A DNA stretch of 64,000 nucleotides from an uncultured Acidimicrobiia bacterium (GTDB lineage Bacteria > Actinomycetota > Acidimicrobiia > Acidimicrobiales > AC-14): contig CAWIIV010000023.1 in assembly GCA_963836205.1 (NCBI GenBank), forward strand, positions 32,001 to 96,000. Direction: 5' to 3'. Each line of letters starts with the position of its first letter. Positions within the stretch are counted from its first letter, which is position 1. The translations under genes were made by a program, and so were the position numbers. A model generated the notes under the pieces. That model ran no database searches. It was given only the letters and a program-made list of their open reading frames with translations, and had not been told where the DNA came from. This document shows, piece after piece, positions 9,777 to 21,436 of this stretch.

Positions 9777-11357
9777 CCGCCGACCGCCCCGCCGACACCG
9801 ACACCGACACCCCCGGCGGGGGAGCGCACCGCCGTCCTCGAGCTGAAGGGCATCTCCAAGGCGTTCGGACCGGTCCAGGCCCTCAGCAACGTCGACCTCC
9901 GCCTCCTGCCGGGACAGGTCCACTGCCTGGCCGGCGAGAACGGGGCCGGCAAGTCCACCCTCATCAAGGTGCTCACCGGCGCCCACAGGGCCGACTCGGG
10001 GACCTTCGTCATCGAGGGCGAGCCCGTCACCAACCCCACGCCGGCCTCGCTGCGGGCGGCGGGGGTGCAGGCCGTCTACCAGGAGCTGAGCCTGCTCCCG
10101 CACCTGTCGGTGGGCGAGAACCTGTTCATGGGCCGCCTCCCGTCGCACCGGGGCGTCCTCGACCGGGGCGACCTCAAGGACCGGGCCCGCAAGGCCCTCG
10201 ACGAGGTCGGGCTCGACAACGTCTCGCCCAGCGCCATCGTCGAGCGCCTCCCCGCCGCCACCCGCCAGCTGGTCGAGATCGCCAAGGTCCTCACCGCCGA
10301 CGTGGTGAAGGTCATCGTCTTCGACGAGCCCACCACCGCCCTCACCGAGTCCGAGTCGAAGCGGCTGCTCGAACACATCAAGCGCCTGCGGGAGGCGGGG
10401 GTGGCGATGCTCTACGTCACCCACCGGCTGGAGGAGATGTTCGAGATCGGCGACTGGGTGACGGTGCTCCGCGACGGTGGCCTGTCGGAGAGCGGCCCCA
10501 TGTCGGCCTACGACGAGGACAAGCTCATCACGGCCATGGTCGGCCGGGAGATCACGTCGCTCTACCCCGACACCCACAAGGAGCCGGGCACGCCCCTTCT
10601 GCGGGTGCGAGGGCTGCAACGGGAGGCCGACGGTCCGACGATCGACTTCGACCTGCGGGCGGGCGAGATCCTCGGCATCGGCGGCCTGCTCGGCTCGGGA
10701 CGGAGCGAGCTGCTGCTCTCGCTCTTCGGAGCCACGCCGATCGTGGCCGGCGAGATCGAGGTGGAGGGCAAGGCGGTGAAGCCCACCGGTCCCCGCACCA
10801 TGATGAACGTGGGCATCGGCCTGCTCACCGAGGACCGCAAAGTGCTCGGACTGCTGCCGGAGCTGTCGATCAGGGAGAACGTCACCATCGCCAGCCTGCG
10901 GCGGGGGTCCCGCCGGGGACTGCTCCCGCCGAAGGAGATGGGCGAGGAGGCGGACAAGCTGCTCGACAGCCTGCGCCTGCGGGCCGGCTCCTACGACCAG
11001 CCGGTGTCGACGTTGTCGGGCGGGAACCAGCAGAAGGTGCTGCTCGCCCGCTGGCTGCTGACCAAACCCAAGATCCTCGTGTTCGACGAGCCCACCAAGG
11101 GCATCGACGTGGGAGCCAAGGGGGAGCTGTACACGGTGATCGGCGACCTGGCTGCCGCCGGGCTGGGGATCATCGTGGTGTCGTCGTACCTGCCCGAGCT
11201 GCTGGGGCTGGCCGACCGTGTCCTCGTGCTGAAGGACGGGGCCATCGCCGGCGAGCTGGGGCGGGCCGCGTCCGAGGAGGACGTCCTGCGCCTGGCCAGC
11301 GGGGGCGGCGGCGGACGACCTCCGGCCTCCGAGGGAAAGGTGCCCGTCGATGCCTAA
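9773..11357 (+). CDS. Sugar ABC transporter ATP-binding protein (frameshift near 9815)
   Basis: GENGAGKST, FDEPT and LSGGNQQKV; the ATG at 9773 is out of frame with the body across a C/G homopolymer run. Confidence 0.88.
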
Positions 11358-12415
11358 GTTGCTGTGGCGCGAGCCGGTGCTCACCACCACCATCCGCAGC
11401 GGGCCGGCGGTGGGGATCGAGCCCCCGGACCCGGGCGAGCCGGGCGCGGCACCCACCGTCAACCGGGTCATCGCCCTGGGCGACGTCGCCGGCCGGGAGA
11501 GCGGGGGGCTGGTCGTGCTCCTGGTGGCCGTGGGCGCGCTCACCCTGGCCAGCAACGACTTCCTCACCGGGAGCAACCTGTCCAACCTGGCCCGTCAGGT
11601 GGCCATCTTCGGCATCATCGCCGTCGGCCAGCTGCTGGTGATCCTCACCGCCGGGATCGACCTGTCGGTCGGTTCGGTGCTCGCCCTCTCGGGGGCGGTG
11701 ACCGCGCAGCTGCTGGTGGCCGGCTGGCCCATCCCCCTGGCCATCCTCGTCGGCGTGGCCCTGGGCACCGGCCTCGGCATCGTCAACGGGCTCCTGGTCA
11801 CCAAGGCCAAGCTGCCGCCGTTCATCGCCACCCTGGGCATGCTCGGGATCGCCCGGGGGGTGGTCCTGGTGATCACCGACGCCAAGACGGTGCAGCCCCT
11901 GCCGACGAGCTTCGAGAAGATCGCCAACGGCACCCAGATCGGGATCCCCAACCTGCTGATCTTCGCCGTGATCATCACCGTGGCCATCCACTTCGTGCTC
12001 ACCCGCACCGTGTTCGGGCGCTACATCTACGCGGTGGGGTCGAACCCCGAGTCGGCCCGGCTGGCCGGCGTGCCGGTGCGGGTCGTCACCGTGTCGGTGT
12101 ACGCCATCTCCGGGTCTGCTGGCCGGCATCGGCGGCTTCCTGCTCACGTCCCGCCTGGGCGCGGGCATCCCCACCGCCGGCACCGGCTTCGAGCTCAACG
12201 CCATCGCCGCCTGCGTGATCGGCGGGGCCAGCCTGTTCGGGGCCAAGGGCAGCGCCATGGGCGCGGCCACGGGGGCGTTGATCATGGGGGTGCTCAACAA
12301 CGGTGGCAATCTCTTGGCCATCAACGCCTTCTACCTGCAGATCGCCATCGGTGTCCTCATCCTGGTGGCCGTCGGGTTCGACCAGCTGAACACCCGGAAG
12401 TCGGCCGGCCACTGA
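11350..12415 (+). CDS. Sugar ABC transporter permease (frameshift near 12115)
   Basis: GIDLSVGS, PPFIATLG and YAVGSNPESARLAG; continues in another frame as ELNAIAACVIGGASLFG to the stop at 12415. Confidence 0.88.
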
Positions 12416-12420
12416 CCGGG

Positions 12421-13326
12421 TTGCTCGGCGGGATCGAGCTCGGGGGGACGAAGGTCATCTGCGTCGTCGGGACCAGTCCCGGGGACGTGCTGGCGTTGGA
12501 TCGCCACCCGACCACCATGCCGGACGAGACGCTCGGGTGGGCGGTCGCACGGCTCCGGGCGCTGGCCGAGGAGCACGGGCCGCTCGCGGCCGTCGGGGTG
12601 GCCGCCTTCGGACCGGTCGACCTCCGGCCGGAGGCCTCCACCTACGGCTGCCTGCTGGAGACGCCCAAGCGGGCGTGGGTCGGCGTCGACGTGCTGGCCC
12701 CGGTGCGGGCGGCGTTTCCCGGCGTGCCGGTGGGGATCGGGTCGGACGTGGACGGGGCCGCGCTGGCCGAGGGGGCGACGGGCGCGGCACGGGGCCTGCG
12801 GGACTTCCTCTACGTGACGATCGGCACCGGGATCGGGATGGGGGTCGTGGTCGACGGGGTCCTCGTGCATGGTGTCCTGCATCCCGAGATGGGCCACGTC
12901 ACCGTCCCCCGGGTGGACGGTGATTCGTATGCCGGGGCGTGCTTCGCCCATGGCGACTGCCTGGAGGGGATGGCCAGCGGCACCGCCATGACCGGCCGTT
13001 GGGGACAGCGGCCGGAGGAGCTGGCGGGCGAGCGGCGGGAGGCGGCCCTCGACCTGGAGGCCGCCTACCTGGCCGCCGGGCTGCGCAACGCCGTCTACGC
13101 CTTCGCCCCCGAGCGCATCGTCCTGGGCGGGGGCGTGGCCCACATGTCCGGGCTGGTCGAGCGGGTGCGGCGGGCGCTGGCCGCGGACCTCGGCGGCTAC
13201 CCCGGCCTCCCCGAGTACGCCCGCCGCGACTTCGTCGTCACCGCCGGCCTGGGCGACATTGCCGGCCCCGCCGGCGCATTGGAGTTCGCGGCCCAAGCCG
13301 CGGCCTCCGCCGCCTCGGGGAGCTGA
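12421..13326 (+). CDS. ROK-family sugar kinase (fructokinase-like)
   Basis: GIELGGTK, YVTIGTGIG, HPEMGH and CFAHGDCLEG motifs. Confidence 0.88.
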   Translation: MLGGIELGGTKVICVVGTSPGDVLALDRHPTTMPDETLGWAVARLRALAEEHGPLAAVGVAAFGPVDLRPEASTYGCLLETPKRAWVGVDVLAPVRAAFPGVPVGIGSDVDGAALAEGATGAARGLRDFLYVTIGTGIGMGVVVDGVLVHGVLHPEMGHVTVPRVDGDSYAGACFAHGDCLEGMASGTAMTGRWGQRPEELAGERREAALDLEAAYLAAGLRNAVYAFAPERIVLGGGVAHMSGLVERVRRALAADLGGYPGLPEYARRDFVVTAGLGDIAGPAGALEFAAQAAASAASGS

Positions 13327-13412
13327 TCGGCGGATTGCCCGGCGCGGCGGCGTCAAGGTCGATCGCCTCGGCGATAACCTCGGCTCTCGTTCCGTCGGAA
13401 GGCGAGATTCAG

Positions 13413-14651
13413 ATGGCAGACGCACCGAAGCCGCTCGAGTCTCCCGCCCTCGGCAGCGGCATCGAAGACCTCATCCAGCCCTGTGGTACCGGCATCCGGC
13501 CGGCCAGGCCGAAGGCCCCGACGAAGGGTCCAACAGTGGGTGTGGCGTTGAGTGGCGGCGGGTTCCGGGCCACGTTCGCCGCCCTGGGCGTGCTCCGGTT
13601 CCTGGCCGACGCCGGGCTGCTGGGCAACCTCCGTTACGCGTCGTCGGTGTCGGGCGGATCGGTGGCCAACGGCATGCTCGCGACCAGATGGGCCGAGGTC
13701 CGAGCCGGTGGGTACGCGTCGGGCGAGCTCGACCGGCTCGTCATCGACCCCATGGTGGCCCAGGTGGCGGGCAAGTCGCTGAAGACGAAGGTCATCCGGA
13801 ACGTCTGGCGGACAGTGGGCTTTTCGAAGGGCCGCACCGACATCTTGGCCTGGGCTCTCGACGATTGGTTCTACGGCAACACGCAACTCGAAGATCTCGA
13901 CCCCGAGTGCCGGTGGATCATCAACGCGGCCAACCTCAACACGGGCGTCAGGTTCGGGTTCGAGCGCGACGTCCTGGGTGACTACGTCACCGGCAACGCG
14001 CCGACCGCGGGCACCGGCCTGAAGGTGTCCCACGCCGTCGCCGCGTCGGCGGCGGTTCCCGGCGTGCTCGCACCACTTCAGATCGCCGGTGTGCCCTTCC
14101 CGTGCTGGACGGGTCCGGTCGAGCTGATCGACGGAGGCGCCTACGACAACGCCGCCCTGACCCCCCTCGACCGGCCCGGCCTCCGCCACGTCTTCACCTT
14201 CACGATCAACGCCGGAGGGGTCTTCGTGACGGGCGGCTACGGGAGGATCCCGCTCGTGCGGGAGCTCACCCGGGCCAACTCGCTCCTGTACCGCCAGAGC
14301 ACGGCCTTGCGCACCAGCCTGATGGTCGAGCGCTTCCGAGCCTGGGATTCCACCATCGAGGGCGAGCAACCGGCCTGGGCCCGACAGGGACTGCTGTTCG
14401 GGCTGGCCACGACCATCGAGGCCAAGGACGCCCCGGCCGAGTTCGCCGAGTTCGTCGCCGCTCACCCCGAGGAACGTACGTACAAAGGCAAGGATCTGGC
14501 CTTCGTCCCGACCGTGTTCGACAGGCTCGACGAGGCCCTGTTGCGACGGCTGGTCTACCGGGGGTGGTGGCTCACCGGCGCCAGCCTCGCCCGCTGGTAT
14601 CCCGGTATGGCCCGCCTGGAGCCTTCGGCCACGCCGCCACCCCTCGACTGA
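13413..14651 (+). CDS. Patatin-like phospholipase
   Basis: LSGGGFRA oxyanion loop, SVSGGS nucleophile and DGG motif. Confidence 0.85.
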   Translation: MADAPKPLESPALGSGIEDLIQPCGTGIRPARPKAPTKGPTVGVALSGGGFRATFAALGVLRFLADAGLLGNLRYASSVSGGSVANGMLATRWAEVRAGGYASGELDRLVIDPMVAQVAGKSLKTKVIRNVWRTVGFSKGRTDILAWALDDWFYGNTQLEDLDPECRWIINAANLNTGVRFGFERDVLGDYVTGNAPTAGTGLKVSHAVAASAAVPGVLAPLQIAGVPFPCWTGPVELIDGGAYDNAALTPLDRPGLRHVFTFTINAGGVFVTGGYGRIPLVRELTRANSLLYRQSTALRTSLMVERFRAWDSTIEGEQPAWARQGLLFGLATTIEAKDAPAEFAEFVAAHPEERTYKGKDLAFVPTVFDRLDEALLRRLVYRGWWLTGASLARWYPGMARLEPSATPPPLD

Positions 14652-14673
14652 CCGACATGCCGAGGCGAGCCGC

Positions 14674-15408
14674 CTACGAGGCCTCCCGGAGGCGCTTCGA
14701 GAGGAGGTCGGTCAGGCGGGCCCGCTCGCCCTCGTCGAAGGTCCCGGCCCGATCGGTCAGGAACAACCCGGCCAGGCCCCGACCTCCTCTGAGGAACACC
14801 AAGTCGAAGCTCGCGGTGTCGGGGAGGGCGTCCAGCTCGGGGGGCAGGTCGGGGACGAGCGTGATCCGGTAACCGATCTGGCCGTCACTGCGGGTATCGA
14901 CGGGCAGGGTCGACACCGATATCTCGGGCGCGCTGCCGAACTGCTCGAAGGTGGTCCGGAGCGTTTCCTCCAGGCATTCGGCGACGCCCTGGCGGCTCAT
15001 CTCGGCGAACGCCGCCTCCGCCTCGTCCTCCTGTTCGGCGAAGACGACGAGCGACAACACCGAAACCGAACCCTCGTCGTCGTTGAACTCCGAGCTCTCG
15101 CCGCGTGGGCCCTTGCCCAGGTTGTCCAGGAGGGCGTTGTCGCCCAGGCAGCTGAGGAACCTGTCCTCGAGAGCGTCGTCCTCGGCGTCCTCCTCCCCCG
15201 GCGAGGGCTCGGTCTCGTCGTCCTCGACCCGCGGCTCCTCCCTCAGTCTCGGCAGGTCAGCCTGCCGGAGGACGACCTCCCCGGCCCTGGCCTTGTCGTC
15301 CGCCGCCGACGGTGGCGTCGATCCCCCGCCGCCACCCGCGCACGCGCCCAGGGTCACCCCGAACACGAAGACCACGACGATGCACCGTCCACGGGACCGT
15401 CGTGCCAC
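14674..15408 (-). CDS. Putative lipoprotein
   Basis: Hydrophobic signal with LGAC lipobox followed by an acidic domain. Confidence 0.7.
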   Translation of the reverse strand: MARRSRGRCIVVVFVFGVTLGACAGGGGGSTPPSAADDKARAGEVVLRQADLPRLREEPRVEDDETEPSPGEEDAEDDALEDRFLSCLGDNALLDNLGKGPRGESSEFNDDEGSVSVLSLVVFAEQEDEAEAAFAEMSRQGVAECLEETLRTTFEQFGSAPEISVSTLPVDTRSDGQIGYRITLVPDLPPELDALPDTASFDLVFLRGGRGLAGLFLTDRAGTFDEGERARLTDLLSKRLREAS

Positions 15409-15484
15409 CGCCCACTTGGAGTTGCTCCGTTCGTTGCCGAGGCCGCTCAGGCTACCGGCGCCGGCCAGGTCGACCGACGGGGAG

Positions 15485-15660
15485 TCAGGCGTCCCACTCG
15501 ACGTGCAGTTCCCGGAGACCGCGGTGGACGGAGTTCACGACCCAGGTGAGCTCCTGGCCGTCGGTCAGCCGGAGACCGGGAAGGCGGGCCGCCAGGAGCT
15601 CGACGGCGACGCGGCCCCTCGAGCGAGCAGCAGGTGTGTGGATACCGACCGGGCTGGACC
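15485..15660 (-). pseudogene. C-terminal remnant of a cytochrome P450
   Basis: GIHT..., then GRVAVELLAARLPGLRL...HRGLRELHVEW; the heme-Cys region is broken and no N-terminal part is present. Confidence 0.55.
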
Positions 15661-15734
15661 ATCGTCCCGGTCGGGTAGGACCAGGTGGGTATCGCACCGT
15701 CGGACCCCCGGCGGCCGGCGCCGGCGGACCCGGC

Positions 15735-16811
15735 CTACGCGCCGAAGACGGCGGCCAGCTCCTGGGGGACGGCGACCTCGAGTTGGCCGTACGTGCACGA
15801 ACGCGGCTCCCGTTCGGGGCGCCAGCGGACGAAGTGGGTGGCGTGGCGAAAACGTTCGCCTTGCATGTGGTCGAAGGCGACCTCGGCCACCAGCTCGGCC
15901 CGGAGGGGCTCCCACGACATGTCCTTGCCTGCGTTCCACCGGTTCCCCATGCCCGGCACCTGGCCGCCGGAGGCGGTCATGAACTCGGCCCACTCGCCCC
16001 ACGGGTGTCCGTCCAACGCATCGACCCGGTAGGGGGCCAGCTCGTCGACCAGTTCCTTGCGCCGGGCCATGGTGAAGGCGGCGGCAACCCCGACGTGGTG
16101 GAGCGACCCGTCGTCGTCGTAGAGGCCGAGGAGCAACGACCCCACGATGGGGCCGGTCTTGTGCCAGCGGAAGCCGGCGACGACGCAGTCGGCGGTCCGT
16201 TGGTGCTTGACCTTGAGCATCACCCGCTCGTCCTCCCGGTACGTCAGGTGGACGGGCTTGGCCACCACCCCGTCGAGACCGGCGCCCTCGAAGCGGTCGA
16301 ACCACTGCTCGGCCAGGGCCCGGTCGGCGGTGGCGGGCGTCAGATGCACAGGCGGCGCCACCCCGGCGAGGGCCGATTCCAGCAACGCCCGGCGCTCGGA
16401 AAACGGACGCCCCCGGAGGTCGTCGTCGCCCAGGGCCAACAGGTCGAAGGCCACGAACGACGACGGCAGCTCCTGGGCCAACATCTTGATCCGGGACTCG
16501 GCCGGGTGGATGCGCAGTTGGAGGGCCTCGAAGTCGAGACCGCCCGGAGTGGCGATCACGATCTCGCCGTCGAGCACGCACCGCTCGGGCAGGGCGGCCC
16601 GAAGCGACTCCACCAGCTCCGGGAAGTACCTGGTCAGGGGCTTCTCGTTGCGGCTGCCGATGACCACCTCGTCGCCGTCTCGAAACACGATCCCCCTGAA
16701 CCCGTCCCACTTGGGCTCGTAGATCACCCCGCCCGAGGCGGGCAGCTCCCGAGCCAGTTTGGCCAGCATGGGCTTGACGGGAGGCATCACGGGCAGGTCC
16801 ACAGCCCCCAT
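15735..16811 (-). CDS. ligC: ATP-dependent DNA ligase (LigC type)
   Basis: EPKWDGFR, LDGEIV, DGVVAK and RFRH motifs. Confidence 0.92.
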   Translation of the reverse strand: MGAVDLPVMPPVKPMLAKLARELPASGGVIYEPKWDGFRGIVFRDGDEVVIGSRNEKPLTRYFPELVESLRAALPERCVLDGEIVIATPGGLDFEALQLRIHPAESRIKMLAQELPSSFVAFDLLALGDDDLRGRPFSERRALLESALAGVAPPVHLTPATADRALAEQWFDRFEGAGLDGVVAKPVHLTYREDERVMLKVKHQRTADCVVAGFRWHKTGPIVGSLLLGLYDDDGSLHHVGVAAAFTMARRKELVDELAPYRVDALDGHPWGEWAEFMTASGGQVPGMGNRWNAGKDMSWEPLRAELVAEVAFDHMQGERFRHATHFVRWRPEREPRSCTYGQLEVAVPQELAAVFGA

Positions 16812-16876
16812 TGAAGCCCCAAATGAATGCGCGGGCCCGGCTTCCGGCGCCCAATCGTTGGGTACGGTCGGCCTCG

Positions 16877-19552
16877 ATGCCTACGCCCCGGGCCACGTAC
16901 CGACTCCAGATGCACGCCGGCTTCACGTTCGACGACGCGGTCGAGATCGTCGACTACCTGGCCGACCTGGGCGTGAGCCACGTCTACCTGTCCCCGATCC
17001 TGCAGGCGGCGGCGGGGAGCACCCACGGCTACGACGTCGTCGACCACTCCCGCATCAACGTCGAGCTCGGGGGCGAGGCGGGCCACGAGCGGCTGGCCGT
17101 GGCCCTCGCCCGCCGCCAGTTGGGTGAGATCGTCGACATCGTCCCCAACCACATGGCCATCGGCGAGTCCAACGCCTGGTGGTGGGACGTCCTCGAGAAC
17201 GGACCGTCGAGCCGGTGGGCGGCCGCCTTCGACATCGACTGGGACACCGACGGCGCGTCCCACCAGAAGGTCCTCCTGCCGTTCCTCGGCGACCACTACG
17301 GCCGGGTGCTGGAGGCGGGCGAGCTCCGCCTCGACCGCGACGGCGGCAGCTTCGTCATCCGCTACTTCGACCACGTGGTGCCGGTGTCGCCCCGCACGCT
17401 CGATGACCTCCTCGGGCGCACGGCCGAGGTGTTCGGGTCCGACGAGCTGGCCAGCCTCTCGGTGGCCCTCGGCCGCCTGCCGCCGGCCAACGCCACCGAC
17501 GAGGAGAGCGTCATCGAGCGCCACCGCGACAAGGAGGTGCTCCGGGGCCAGCTCACCCGGCTGCTCGACGAGGACCTCCACCTGGCCGGGGCCGTCGACG
17601 GGGCGGTGGCCACCACCAACGCCGACCCCGACGCCCTCGACGCCCTCGTCGACCGCCAGAACTACCGCCTGATCTACTGGCGGTCGGCCGGCCAGGAGCT
17701 CGATTACCGCCGCTTCTTCGACGTCCCCACCCTGATCGGCCTACGTATCGAGCGCCGCCGCATCTTCACCGCGGCCCACGAGAAGATCCTCGAACTGGTG
17801 AAGAACGGGCGAATCGATGGCCTGCGGATCGACCACATCGACGGCCTCCGCTATCCGGCGGGGTACCTCGAGCGGCTGGCCGACGAGTCCGGCGGGGCCT
17901 ACGTGCTGGTGGAAAAGATCCTCGAGCACGGGGAGGAGCTGCCGACGGCGTGGCCCGTCGCCGGCACCACCGGGTACGACTTCCTCAACGCGGTGGCCGG
18001 GCTCTTTGTCGACCCCGCGGGCGAGGAACCCCTCACCGAGCTGTACGGGGAGGTCACGGGCGCCGTCCCCGGCGAGCCGCCGAGCTGGGACGACGCCGTC
18101 GCCCAGGGCAAGAACCTCGTGCTGCGGGAGGTGTTGGGGGCCGACGTCAACCGGCTGGTGCGGCTGCTGGTGTCGGTGTGCGAGCACCACCGCCGTTACC
18201 GCGACTACACCCGCCGCGACCTCCACGAGGCCCTGTGGGAGGTGCTGGCCTGCTTCCCCGTGTACCGCACCTACGCCCGGCCCGGGGAGGAGCCGACGGA
18301 GGCCGAAGTTGCCGTGGTGGAGACGGCGGTGGCGGCCGCCGCCGACCGCCGGCCCCAGCTTGACCCCGAGCTGTTCTCGTTCCTGCGCGACCTGCTCCTG
18401 CTCCGGGTGCCGGGCGAGGCCGAGGTCGACTTCGGGCTCCGGTTCCAACAGGTCACCGGGCCGGTTATGGCCAAGGGGGTGGAGGACACCGCCTTCTACC
18501 GCTACAACCGGCTGGTCAGCCTCAACGACGTCGGTGGCGACCCCGGGCGGTTCGGGACGTCGGTGGCCGAGTTCCACGAGTTCAACCGGCGGGCGGCGGG
18601 GGGATGGCCGGCCACCATGCTGGCCACGTCGACCCACGACACCAAGCGCAGCGAGGACGTGCGGGTCCGCATCGGGCTGCTCTCCGAGATCCCCTCGGAA
18701 TGGGGGGCGACCGTCCGCCGGTGGACGACGATGAACGCCCGCCACAAGACGGACCGGATGCCCGACGCCAACACCGAGTACCTGCTCTACCAGACGTTGG
18801 TGGGCGCCTATCCGCTGAGTGCGGCGCGGGCGGTGGCGTACATGGAGAAGGCGTCCCGGGAGGCCAAGGAGCACACGTCGTGGATCGACCCCGAGCCGGC
18901 GTACGACTCGGCCCTGCGGGACTTCGTGGAGGCGGTGATCACCGACCCCGAGTTCTCCGCCGACCTGACCGGGTTCGTGCGGCCCCTGGTCGACCCCGGC
19001 CGGACGGTAGCGGTGGCCCAGGCCCTGCTCAAGCTCACTGCCCCCGGCGTGCCCGACCTGTACCAGGGCACCGAGGTGTGGAACCTCAGCCTGGTCGACC
19101 CCGACAACCGCCGCCCGGTCGACTACGAGGCCTGCCGCAGCCTGCTGGAGAAGGTCCGCCACCTCGACGCGGACGATGTCCTGGCCTTGGCCGACGAGGG
19201 GGCGGCCAAGCTGTGGACGGTGTGGCGGGCGCTGGCGGTGCGCCGGGACCATCCCGATGCGTTCGGCGAGACGGGAGGCGTATGAACCGTTGCTGGCGAC
19301 GGGCGCCCAGGCGGACCATTTGGTCGGGATTCGTGCGGGGCGAACGGGTCGCCACGGTCGTGGCCCGGTTTGTCCTGGGCCTGGCCCGGGACGGGGGGTG
19401 GGCCGACACCACCGTGGAGCTGCCGCCTGGGACGTGGACCGACGTTCTGGGCGGGAGCGTGGTGGCGGGTGACGGCGGCGGGGGGCCGGTGATCGGTGCC
19501 GGTCGGTGAGCTGCTCGACCAGTTCCCGGTGGCGTTGCTCGTGCGCCGATGA
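16877..19552 (+). CDS. treY: Malto-oligosyltrehalose synthase (frameshifts in the last ~280 bp)
   Basis: ATYRLQ, GSTHGYDV, LRIDHIDGL and STHDTKRSED; C-terminus ...LLDQFPVALLVRR* is split across frames. Confidence 0.92.
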
Positions 19553-21273
19553 CGTCGGTCTGGGCTCCCCGGGCGGAGCGGGTCGACCTCGTCGTCGACG
19601 GCCGGCTGTTCTCGATGGAAGGTCCCGACGAGCGAGGTTGGTTCCGGTCGGCAGTCGAGGTGGCGGGCGGCCAGTCCTACGGCTTCTCCCTCGACGGGGG
19701 GACGACCCGTCCCGATCCCCGGTCGCGGTGGCAGCCGGACGGGGTCGACGGGCTGTCCCGGGCCGTCGACGACGGGGCCTTCGAGTGGACCGACGGGGCG
19801 TGGGCCGGCCGCCGGCTGGACGGCTCGGCCGTGATCTACGAGCTCCACGTGGGCACCTTCTCGCCCGAAGGGACGTTCGCGGGGGCGATAGGTCGGCTCG
19901 ACCACCTGGTCGAGCTCGGGGTCGACGTGGTGGAGCTACTCCCGGTGAACCAGTTCCCGGGCCGGTGGGGATGGGGCTACGACGGCGTCGACCTGTTCGC
20001 CCCCCACGCCGCCTACGGAGGCCCCGACGGACTCAAGGCGTTCGTCGACGCGGCCCACGCCCGGAACCTGGCGGTGGTGATCGACGTGGTCTACAACCAC
20101 CTCGGCCCGGCCGGGAACTACCTGCGTGAGTTCGGCCCCTACTTCACCGACCGCTACCACACGCCGTGGGGCGAGGCGGTGAACTTCGACGGGGCCGGGA
20201 GCGACGAGGTGCGGGCGTTCGTGGTCGACAACGCCCTCATGTGGCTGCGGGACTACCACGCCGACGGCCTCCGGCTCGACGCGGTGCACGCCATACTCGA
20301 CACGTCCGCCACCCACATCCTGGAGGAGCTCGGGGTGCACGTGGAGGCCCTGGTCGTGGAGGTGGGCCGTCCCCTCACCCTGGTAGCCGAGAGCGACCTC
20401 AACGACCCCAAGGTGGTGCGGCGGCGGGATCTCGGAGGCTACGAGCTCGACGCCCAGTGGAGCGACGACTTCCACCATGCCCTCCATGCCGTCGTCACCG
20501 GCGAGCGCACCGGCTACTACGCCGACTTCGGGACGCTGGCGCAGCTGGCGACGGCCCTGCGGTGGGCTTTCGTGTACTCCGGCGGCTACTCGCCCTTCCG
20601 CCAGCGTCGCCACGGCCGGCCGATCGCGGGGCTGCCGGCGACGAAGTTCCTCGCCTACCTGCAAAACCACGATCAGGTCGGCAACCGGGCCACCGGCGAG
20701 CGCTCGTCGATGCTGGTCGGGCCGAAACTGCTCAAGGTGGCCGCCGCCCTGGTCCTGCTGGGTCCGTCGGTGCCGATGCTGTTCGCCGGGGAGGAGTGGG
20801 CCGCCTCCACGCCGTTCCTCTATTTCACCGACCACGAGGACGAGAAGCTGGGCCGGCTGGTGAGTGAGGGCCGGCGGCGGGAGTTCGCTTCGTTCGGGTG
20901 GGCGCCGGAAGACGTCCCCGACCCCCAGTCGCCGAAGACGTTCGAGCACTCCAAGCTCGACTGGGACGAGGTCGGCCAGGGCGTCCACAAGGAGCTGTTG
21001 GACTGGCACCGCCGGCTTATCGCGCTGCGCCGGTCCGAGCCCGCCCTGTCGTCAGGGACCTTCGCCGACGTGCGCGTCCGCTTCGACGACGATGACCGCT
21101 GGCTGGTCCTCAACCGGGGCGACCTCTCGATCGCGGCCAACTTCTCGTCCGAACCCCGCCGTGTCCCGGGTCTTGCGGGCGAGGTCGTCCTGACGTCCGA
21201 CGACTCAGTAGCGGTCGACGTCCTGCCCCCCGAGAGCGTCGCCGTCCTCCGCCGCCCCTCCCCGAACCGGTGA
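19549..21273 (+). CDS. treZ: Malto-oligosyltrehalose trehalohydrolase
   Basis: YELHVGTF, WGYDGV, LRLDAVHA and QNHDQVGNR motifs; adjacent to treY. Confidence 0.93.
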   Translation: MTSVWAPRAERVDLVVDGRLFSMEGPDERGWFRSAVEVAGGQSYGFSLDGGTTRPDPRSRWQPDGVDGLSRAVDDGAFEWTDGAWAGRRLDGSAVIYELHVGTFSPEGTFAGAIGRLDHLVELGVDVVELLPVNQFPGRWGWGYDGVDLFAPHAAYGGPDGLKAFVDAAHARNLAVVIDVVYNHLGPAGNYLREFGPYFTDRYHTPWGEAVNFDGAGSDEVRAFVVDNALMWLRDYHADGLRLDAVHAILDTSATHILEELGVHVEALVVEVGRPLTLVAESDLNDPKVVRRRDLGGYELDAQWSDDFHHALHAVVTGERTGYYADFGTLAQLATALRWAFVYSGGYSPFRQRRHGRPIAGLPATKFLAYLQNHDQVGNRATGERSSMLVGPKLLKVAAALVLLGPSVPMLFAGEEWAASTPFLYFTDHEDEKLGRLVSEGRRREFASFGWAPEDVPDPQSPKTFEHSKLDWDEVGQGVHKELLDWHRRLIALRRSEPALSSGTFADVRVRFDDDDRWLVLNRGDLSIAANFSSEPRRVPGLAGEVVLTSDDSVAVDVLPPESVAVLRRPSPNR

Positions 21274-21436
21274 CGTATTCGGGCCTCCTGCGACCTTGAG
21301 TGTCACCGTTTCGAGAGCGCCCACCGAACTGGTGACGATTTTGGGGTCCCTGGCCCCGCCGAACGTCACCGGTTCGAGGGCCGACGCCGACCGAATGACG
21401 TTCCGGGGGTTCCCGGCCACACAGGATGTCAACCGG
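21263..21436. repeat. Three tandem REP-like palindromic units
   Basis: CGAAC[C/T]GGTGAC-~26 nt-GTCACCG[T/G]TTCG at 21263-21313 and 21325-21376, plus a degenerate third copy; a related unit lies at 35795-35844. Confidence 0.65.

Noticed and set aside
11350-13326. Permease-ROK kinase fusion (658 aa)
   Set aside because: The permease C-terminus lies in another frame ending at 12415; the join is a frameshift artefact
21263-21436. Possible mini-CRISPR array
   Set aside because: Units are inverted-repeat palindromes with divergent copies rather than identical direct repeats with spacers; no cas genes are adjacent
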